Below are positions 21,601 to 25,266 of a stretch of DNA of 27,260 nucleotides, piece by piece. The stretch is from the IMG/VR virus record IMGVR_UViG_3300020159_001152, positions 1 to 27,260 of that record; one strand, 5' to 3'. The position numbers and the translations under genes are program-made. Position 1 is the stretch's first letter, and every line of letters starts with the position of its first letter. The notes beneath the pieces are model-generated. The model did no database searches. It saw nothing but the letters and a program-made list of their open reading frames with translations, and was not told the origin of the DNA. The stretch comes from a virus. Lineage: Duplodnaviria > Caudoviricetes.

Positions 21601-24437
21601 TTGTTGATGGTACTAGCTATCCTGGCGTTCAAGTGTGGGGAGACTATTTCTTAGGCAGCGCACCAGTAAGTCCTACTTTAGTGTGTACTGCTACTAATGC
21701 AACAACTAATGAAATTACATGTGTTCAAACATCGCGACTGTCACTTACCGATCCTATTAGATTCTATGGCAATGTATTTGGCGGCATTGCGGCTGGTACT
21801 GTTTATTATGTAAACAGCATTGTTGATCTCACACATTTTACAATTGCCCTAGCACCCGATGGGGTAACAGTTAGTTTAAGTACTGCTACCGGCACCATGA
21901 TTGCAGACGTTCCGGAACCAATAGATGCTACTTACGCCAGTAGCTTTACTGACCAGTATCTTGGCCTGCGCCCTACGGATATTAACGTAGATGGCGGCGA
22001 GTTTATTGGACCATATGAAGGCCATGCTCCAGAAGAATTGGTCAATGGATCAGAATATGATACCTTAGACTTCCGTGTGTATACTCGTCCAGGTGCAGAC
22101 TGGACCGGGCTTGGTCATGGGTTTAGCATAGGATCATACAATTACGTATATAATAACTCGGCGTTGAATTGGAGCAATTTAGTACAAAATCCAGTAAACA
22201 TCGAAGTGTCTAATGTAACCACAGACACTGATCTCACTCCAAATGTGGATTATGTTGTTAACTGGGAAACTCAAACGTTGGTATCCATTCCTGGCGGCGG
22301 CATTACCAATGGCGATGTTATTAATATTGCTGTTTACGAAATGGGTGGTGGCAATCAATTGTTCCGCGGAAATTATACCGGTCCCGAAGTTGGAAATTCT
22401 GTAGTAATTCCTGTAACTGCTGATGAAATTTATGAATTGGCATTGTTTGTAAATGGCCAGAACATTGCTGGTGCTACTTGGGCACCATATGCCAATAGTG
22501 TAGCATGGAGTTATGAAAATTCTTATGCTCGGAAAACTATTGTTAAAGATAGTGGATTGTACTATAGAGCTTTGCAACCTGTGCCGCCAGGAATTTTGTT
22601 AGATGACATATTGTATTGGATGGAATTTGTTCCTACCACACAGTCGTTAGTCACATTACCGGCCACTTATGGTGTAGGAGATGGCATTTCTATCACTGCC
22701 ATGGGTTTTGAAGATCCACAACACAGTTGGAGCACAGCAGTAACACAGTATCATACTGTTACAACAACAGATTTGTTAACCAATACTATTGAATTAGAAA
22801 ACAGCATGCAAGGTACTAACGTAGCCAACCTAGTAGTTACTGCCAATGGCAAACGCTTGCAACCACCAGAGGGGATTGAATGGACTGGCGATGGCAGCAG
22901 CTTGGATTTCAGCTTTGGGTTGCCACAACGCGGAGGTTACCCACAATCTGCTATCAATGCTTACACTGATATTCAAGTATGGGTAGACAATGTTCTACAG
23001 GTGCAAAACTACGGTTCTGTTTTGGGCGACTACTATGTAACCAATTATGATGGCAGCAATACGCCAGGTCGTCAGGTAGTATTCTTTACCCCACCTGCTG
23101 ATGGTGCACAAATTTTAATATCAGTTAGCACCATTGCACAATACACAGTTGCGATAGGATCGCCTAACAGATTATTAATAACTCCGTTACTTAATATAGG
23201 TGACCAAATTGCAATTACCAGCTGGAATGATACTGCACAACAAAATCCATTAACTTTGGTGTTTGTGGGCCCAATAACAAGTGGTATCACAATCAACGAG
23301 CCTTATGACAGCACTGGATATGATTATCCAGGAGTTGTAAATGATACAACAGGTAGTTTTGATTTTACATTAGGTATTTCTATTCCTAACAACAGCTTTG
23401 ATTTAGGCCGCGAAGAATTAATAGCTGACAGATTGTGGGTCACGCTAGATGGTAACAGATTGTATGCTGGGGTAGACTATTCTGTTCAAGGACAATACTT
23501 GATATTAGGTAGTGGCATTATTGGCTCAGCACAAGTGTTAGCAGTTACTGAATTTACTCAAAGCATTGTGCCTGACGCTATGGCATTTAGATTGTTCCAG
23601 GATATGCGTGGAGTGCAAACTACATTCCGTATCACTGCTTCAACCACAACTACACTAGCGCAAGCGGTCTCTGCAACTGCTGATATCATATACGTCTCAG
23701 ACGCTGCTGCACTTAGTGAACCCAATTTAAGTGCTGGCATTTTTGGCGTAATTACAATCGACGGTGAACGTATCTTATATCGTGTGAGAGATCTTGCTAC
23801 CAATTCAATTAATGGTTTACAACGTGGTACTGCTGGTACAGCGGCTGCTACTCATGCAGTAGGTGCGGAAGTATATGACATGGGAATTGGTAATAGAGAA
23901 CTACAAGAAGACCAAAACTACATTGTGAGTGATCCTAGCACAGGTGATGGATCTACTACAATATTCTATGCTCCGACCATTGAGTTTGATTTAGCTGACA
24001 GTTCTTTTGAAATTGACAGCATTGAAGTGTACGTTGGTGGCAACCGTGCTAGAAAAGGTTACTATGCTGGACAATTTGTAATTGGACAAACTTATACTAT
24101 TGCCAGCGTTGGCAACACTAATTGGTATGCAATTGGATTGCCAAACAATGTGTACCCATTGCCAGGAGTGGTATTTACAGCCACAGCCACAGGAACAGGA
24201 ACAGGCATTGCAGGCAATAGTTTAGCTAGTAACTACTATCAAGAAACTGATTACAATCCATTGGCAATACAGTTCCTCACAGCCAACGATTTACCTGCGC
24301 CAGGCGCCGGTGCTGAAGTGGTTATTCTACAACGTAGAGGCGTAACTTGGTACGCTCCGGGCATTAGTACTCCTAGTAATGGTGAGCCGCTACAAATTAC
24401 AGATACAAATGCCGCAAGGTTTTTACGTGGAATATAA
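9645..24437 (+). CDS. Giant mosaic baseplate/virion structural protein (gp7-position wedge protein with adhesin-type modules)
   Basis: 4930-aa uninterrupted ORF with a TAATG overlap onto the gp6 stop. It occupies the slot of gp7 in T4-like wedge operons. It contains cupredoxin-like, FCCH-like, FG-GAP, CBM5/12-like, GxGY and many small beta-sandwich repeats. 'EYIQEVKPYHV' resembles the wedge/tail 'i...KPaH' motif. Confidence 0.8.
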   Translation: MARVRSVDFLPEIFQTDANKQFLAATLDQLIQEPKFKKTQGYIGRTVGPGVNPNDKYVIEPDKTRADYQLEPGVISVDPEDNSKIIDAITYPGITDSLVYQGSPSTQPSRLYTSDYYSFDPFIDFDTFVNFSQYYWLPNGPDVVTVQSPGVALSQNFVVNRENGVYTFSGVSGNNPTLNLVRGGNYTFQVAQNNKETVNYKVTRTNVTSFNIDNEPNASITLIRGNTYTFNLFVQGDFPFWIKTTATTGTGDAYNSGVTRNGSVTGIVTFTVPQDAPDTLYYSCQTQSLMKGTISIVDAQPGDGPGFWIQTDPGISGENPVTPNVSSRSVYGVTDNGIDLGTINFNVPQKTAQDFFYNLTSIGTVDLVTNLSFEDIDGARLDQFIAVYGGIDGITNLETRTLVFANSYGNTATDYYDIWRISYVTVGAYTYLSLASIQTINSLEKWSIRYGTEYSSTQWYKNQSGYIIEMPVLTAKLDTLYYQDGTDPEIFGTIRLIEQDNSSTIYIEDILGKKTYTSPTGVVFTNGLKVQFLGNVLPASYATGSNAFVCISTAAGINLITTESTEGLVVGQEVIFTGVPFGGVSAGITYYVQTVFSSSQFKVSATNNGPALTLTSANGTMTATASQNPQYYVSGVGTAIELLPVENYITPEAYSSTNDIDYLTINRDSPDLNAWSRSNRWFHIDVLNATSAYNDTPVVIDNDKKGKRPIIQFRGGIRLYNMGTDAKQPANVIDFTETDAFSNVEGSTGYSVNDYTFVNGSRVIFAADEDPNVRSKIYVVNFVVPDTVPPLIAQPIINLVEAPDGEILIDQNTVCLSGSQVGITYWYDGINWAEAQQKTAVQQAPLFDIFDADGISLANKITYPSSTFTGTKLFSYATGSGTTDPVLQLTLKYLSLTNVGDIVFDNNLYSDSFVYARDNVSTTAPISSGFVYEYASRTVYERLIGWQTAAVPTLMRQQFKFVYELQPLQLDVVVQSNAVTTVPSVKVFVGSIFQDPGTYTVATTTNTTTITFSTVHVVGDVIEVEVLSDQISQVAFYQVPLNLNNNPLNANSPSFTLGTLRTHYDSICQNLTTFSGAINGANNTRDLGNVIPYGQIILQQSSPLTLAGYFMRSQQYNIFGALEYNSREYQKYKNQMLEAVTRQTIQYETTSQVLDKVIAEITLGRTANNPFYWSDMLPASAVFTTTTYTVSYITSQVFDTVQVYNYTSSNYLGMNVYVNDQILTRDLEYIVATDGPRIEILITLAIGDTITIQEYSATYGTYVPNTPSKMGLYPAWRPELVPVKTSSGDQLVILGHDGSQTPIFGDIRDEVLLEFETRIYNNIKLDDNPVPLDVVDVLPGQFRNTGYSSAEINTILETSFLTYVGWNKLDYTAQNYNAGNPFTYNYSSSTNKLNGDNLLGAWRGINRYFYDTQQPELTPWEMLGFTVQPDWWEITYGPAPYTSDNMNLWDDLELGLVRDPVGAYTLLAYARPGLTSVLPTSTAGALLAPLQSVVGGYNPQTFQKSWAPGDGGPVEASWWNSSDYPFVVMRLLALTRPAKFFALFADRDLYKYSTEFDQYLYNGRYRLDANGVQVYGDGTSKASYVNWIVDYNRITGTNSTTALEKDLQNLDVRLCYRMASFSDKQYLKIYTEKSSPKSTNTSLQIPPESYQLLVYKNQPFDRLIYSSVVIQVVDSGWAVFGYSTARPFFNTFTSIPVGQFETYSVASKTIKVPANYTTNITQVPYGFVFTTESAVANFLLSYGKFLESQGFEFNNQVNGYLMTWSQMVYEFIYWSQQGWGDGSLINLNPFAPGLSVFKEQAVVDNITSQTAEHVILDQNRKDFPVRDLNIVRVDNNFTIQPLNNQSLSFIDMRYTSFESMIVLDNASLFGDLIFEPVTGARQSRLYISGTTTTEWDGSVNAQGFILNQNNIPAWTGLKTYPKGEIVTYKGAYWSAATIVQPSTKFNYNDWNQSDYTFIEQGLLANLANKADQLSNSYDINSANLIQDNDLLSYGLIGFRPRQYMAALNLDDVSQLNIYREFLGTKGTKNSVDLFGQAKFNKEVADYQIYENWAIQRGVYGANANRSFFDLRLNRALLSSNPSLVQVVVPNEPSTADQQIFLSDVWKSSFPLTTPALLPTTTTLPTDISLPSAGYVNIDDVDITVFELDDPASLNANINSIIVGTSIWAAKVNNYDWNIYRAEAVPGTIQHVCDNLNGTSRVIFSGQHALTTGDRLIIRFFDTEVNGVYTVLSVPNLTTVNIALDLVGDRTVVDGTGIGFTLQTMRVDQASNVLNLPYTQQILPGAKVWVDNNGQGSWEVLEKQNPFTDRAVLAPVLLDATEQYGASVAQATGQSALFVGSPRYGFESGTAKGGIYLYVRSTSDQYVPISPIGGQDTVLTLSTAGLRGYGNAVDVGNQTWAVGGASASLGPTPAGDPVNNGYAVALWRDPSAGANNTSPWIQAQLLTLPGTTTTTTPGAGEFGYSVAMSLDERWLYVGAPGLNTVYAYGQVPWQDQIFQYLADGVSATADISNNIQINNANQIVVLKNNAVLTLTTDYTVDVGFTTVTFTTTPAVGDVITISRRYVKAFTASGATYSLAPWLFTATANNIYSFSITVDDVLQRPNIDYTYSGTTLTFYNVPSGGSTIIVTSQFYYKFAGTITPSVAVISGARFGSSVQCSTDGRQVIIGCSNATVDGLVEAGSVYVVDRNVQKFIRQDDSSNTYTVLGTVSSPISVLVNNVFLTNQTDSIIGADNTFSVSGNNITINKDLFVGDVIEIEINQFVEQQLIKSGPTNASTVAEFTNYGQSLDLCPYNCSLYVGAPQDSSIVWKGGVVERSVNQARSYGTITATLSPTSLTAGQTLRVNNVDIVVPASPNNTIAGLAAAINGGEAGTNTGAPNATATVSATGYLTIFVTNTDAAPEGNKLQVAPGSVGTVFADLGFDTFVYTQTIASPRPTEFAQFGYSVAVNDTALNLVVGSPKGSLYLPMVFDYNTTTEKAGTTFDGNSTTFFSPVDQSGVVYTYDYLPSNSISVATPGKFIFGQQIETNLVTYLDQFGTAVSYNSGVLVATAPGEDFEDSTFSNYGAAYLFENSTRRLAWEPIAVQQPVVDIRLLTSVYIYDRITSAKSQFFDFFDPLQGKVLGAAQENIDYISAIDPASYNVGPVNNRGDTWSTAHVGEVWWDISTVRFIDPNQDNPTYASRRWGQVFPGSTVDVYQWISSSVPPANYTGVGTPYTTTSYVVSSRLNQSGTFVTEYYFWVRGITDTASQLGKTLSVATIASYIQEPKASGISYVAPINSSTIAIYNGLDYIVASDSIISIEFDQLFTDANVHTEYELVAQGQVDAFISDNLYRKLQDSFCGVDTFGSNVPDPNLNYAQRYGVQFRPRQSMFVDRFLALKNYIQRANDIFALYPISESRSFTLLNSAEPEPPSDVLINAGEFSIGQTYTINTLGSTNFTLIGASSNTVGITFVATGAGSGTGVASYTNWNLRVANLEILGFQNIYAVPLGYKYLVVTNSLNRGLWTINEVQATTNPNVRELVLSRVQNYNTRQYWSYVNWYKPGYNSSSTIVAEVPNYATLATLSVIIGSSVKVTANAQGKFEIYLRTDTGWDRVALEDGTIEISAEIYDYALGRFGFDVEVFDAQYFDQEPVIETRKIIQAINEELFIDDLKIERNKSLTLMFNFTLSELLAPEWLIKTSLIDVQHKVRDLVPYQNYIRDNQDFVSEYIQEVKPYHVQVREFNLTYDGADDYQGSLTDFDLPAYYNTDLTIPQYVSPILLPYKHATAQAFNTLSDTAPNSTLWPEWPYSQWFDNYLLHVDSIAVTNQGTGYTIAPTVLIVPATGDTGSGAEAIAVLNSLGNVVSITLINGGSGYRLTPTVVFNGGNGTGVAAYPRMNYYINSETGQYQYTGLVRSFRTVLKYDRYQYQTSVLTWSTNGTYENGILVRYDDRVWQANSADGSSAVVGPDFNVDDWNLIDAATLSGVNRTMGFYIPGVNELGLDLQLLVDGTSYPGVQVWGDYFLGSAPVSPTLVCTATNATTNEITCVQTSRLSLTDPIRFYGNVFGGIAAGTVYYVNSIVDLTHFTIALAPDGVTVSLSTATGTMIADVPEPIDATYASSFTDQYLGLRPTDINVDGGEFIGPYEGHAPEELVNGSEYDTLDFRVYTRPGADWTGLGHGFSIGSYNYVYNNSALNWSNLVQNPVNIEVSNVTTDTDLTPNVDYVVNWETQTLVSIPGGGITNGDVINIAVYEMGGGNQLFRGNYTGPEVGNSVVIPVTADEIYELALFVNGQNIAGATWAPYANSVAWSYENSYARKTIVKDSGLYYRALQPVPPGILLDDILYWMEFVPTTQSLVTLPATYGVGDGISITAMGFEDPQHSWSTAVTQYHTVTTTDLLTNTIELENSMQGTNVANLVVTANGKRLQPPEGIEWTGDGSSLDFSFGLPQRGGYPQSAINAYTDIQVWVDNVLQVQNYGSVLGDYYVTNYDGSNTPGRQVVFFTPPADGAQILISVSTIAQYTVAIGSPNRLLITPLLNIGDQIAITSWNDTAQQNPLTLVFVGPITSGITINEPYDSTGYDYPGVVNDTTGSFDFTLGISIPNNSFDLGREELIADRLWVTLDGNRLYAGVDYSVQGQYLILGSGIIGSAQVLAVTEFTQSIVPDAMAFRLFQDMRGVQTTFRITASTTTTLAQAVSATADIIYVSDAAALSEPNLSAGIFGVITIDGERILYRVRDLATNSINGLQRGTAGTAAATHAVGAEVYDMGIGNRELQEDQNYIVSDPSTGDGSTTIFYAPTIEFDLADSSFEIDSIEVYVGGNRARKGYYAGQFVIGQTYTIASVGNTNWYAIGLPNNVYPLPGVVFTATATGTGTGIAGNSLASNYYQETDYNPLAIQFLTANDLPAPGAGAEVVILQRRGVTWYAPGISTPSNGEPLQITDTNAARFLRGI
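16608..18858 (+). repeat. Seven FG-GAP-like repeats (predicted 7-bladed beta-propeller) within the giant protein
   Basis: YGASVA..LFVGSP (16611), YGNAVD..AVGGAS (16806), FGYSVA..LYVGAP (17025), FGSSVQ..VIIGCS (17598), YGQSLD..LYVGAP (17994), FGYSVA..LVVGSP (18468), FGTAVS..LVATAP (18750). Confidence 0.8.
21048..21266 (+). repeat. Two tandem 'I.v.N.G.GY...PTV' beta repeats within the giant protein
   Basis: IAVTNQGTGYTIAPTVLI...GSGAEAIA and ITLINGGSGYRLTPTVVF..GNGTGVAAYP. This repeat type is familiar from baseplate and virion proteins of T4-like cyanophages. Confidence 0.7.
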
Positions 24438-24440
24438 CAA

Positions 24441-24448
24441 GGTAAATA
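24441..24448 (+). promoter_or_regulatory. T4-type late promoter-like element (GGTAAATA)
   Basis: TAAATA core at 24443-24448 in the 18-nt gap after the giant gene, 7 nt before ATG 24456. Confidence 0.5.
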
Positions 24449-24455
24449 AAAGATC

Positions 24456-24614
24456 ATGTCAACTACTATGCCAAAACAGCCAGTAAATGCAAATCCTGAG
24501 CCAAAACAGTCTCAGCCCAAACGTCCCAACGAACAAGGATCTTTTTCCGTTGAAGCTCATGTGCGTATTTTTGACCCAAAAACACGTGAAGTTTATATGG
24601 AGGGCAGAGCATGA
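24456..24614 (+). CDS. 52-aa protein (absent from the ORF track), paralogous to the N-terminus of the downstream gene
   Basis: MSTTMPKQPVNANPEPKQSQPKRPNEQGSFSVEAHVRIFDPKTREVYMEGRA*. It fills the gap exactly, follows a TAAATA element, and its TGA overlaps the next ATG (ATGA 24611-24614). Confidence 0.8.
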   Translation: MSTTMPKQPVNANPEPKQSQPKRPNEQGSFSVEAHVRIFDPKTREVYMEGRA

Positions 24615-25234
24615 TTACTCCAGGATTGGCTCAAATTCAAGGATTTGTAAAAATACACGATCCCAACACAGGTGAAGTGCTAGTAGATAAGAAAAATGCA
24701 ATTCATTATGAAAATATATCAATTGCTATGGCACAAGCCTTGAGCAATAGATTAGATTCAAACGGCAATCGACTAGGAATTATCTATTCCATGGCATTTG
24801 GCAACGGTGGAAGTTCTGTAGATCCTACAGGAGTAATCACATATTTGCCCCCAAATACTGTGGGGCAAAATGCTGGATTGTATAACCTAACTTATGCTAA
24901 AGTTGTTGATGATAATTCAGCAGCTGATACTGATCCCGAAACAAACTACATGACAGTATTACATACAGCGGGAACTGTATATACAGATATTTTAGTTACT
25001 TGTTAATTAGACTACGGCGAACCGCCGGAACAACAAGCATTTGACAATTCTACTAATTTTAATGGTGAATTTGTATTTGACGAATTGGGTCTACAGTCTT
25101 GGAACGGTAGCTTAACAGATTTGCGATTGATCACTCATGTGATTTTTCACCCAGTGCAAAAGAGTTTGAATCGACAAATTCAAATTGATTACACCCTGCG
25201 TATACAGACATTAAGCAACATAAATGCTGTATAA
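24611..25234 (+). pseudogene. Putative baseplate/fibre-attachment protein (~207 codons) interrupted by one in-frame TAA at 25004-25006
   Basis: 131 codons (MITPG...TDILVTC), then TAA, then 75 more sense codons in the same frame (LDYGEPPEQQAFDNSTNFNGEFVFDELGLQSWNGSLTDLRLITHVIFHPVQKSLNRQIQIDYTLRIQTLSNINAV) ending at TAA 25232-25234, where the next promoter lies. The interruption is seen directly and the product is inferred from gene position. Confidence 0.75.
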
Positions 25235-25237
25235 ATA
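25230..25237 (+). promoter_or_regulatory. T4 late promoter consensus TATAAATA
   Basis: Perfect 8/8 match overlapping the TAA at 25232-25234, 29 nt before the tail-fibre ATG. GGAACAAGG SD-like sequence lies downstream. Confidence 0.75.
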
Positions 25238-25266
25238 TAGAAAAATATAGGAACAAGGCGACCAAC

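Noticed and set aside
24487-24675. 62-aa + strand ORF in the track
   Set aside because: It overlaps two better-supported genes. The 24456-24614 frame has a promoter, ATGA coupling and paralogy to the next gene.
25004-25006. Alternative genetic code (stop-codon reassignment)
   Set aside because: Genes of 1152 and 4930 codons read through cleanly in the standard code, and TAA and TGA both end genes at tight junctions. One internal TAA does not indicate recoding.
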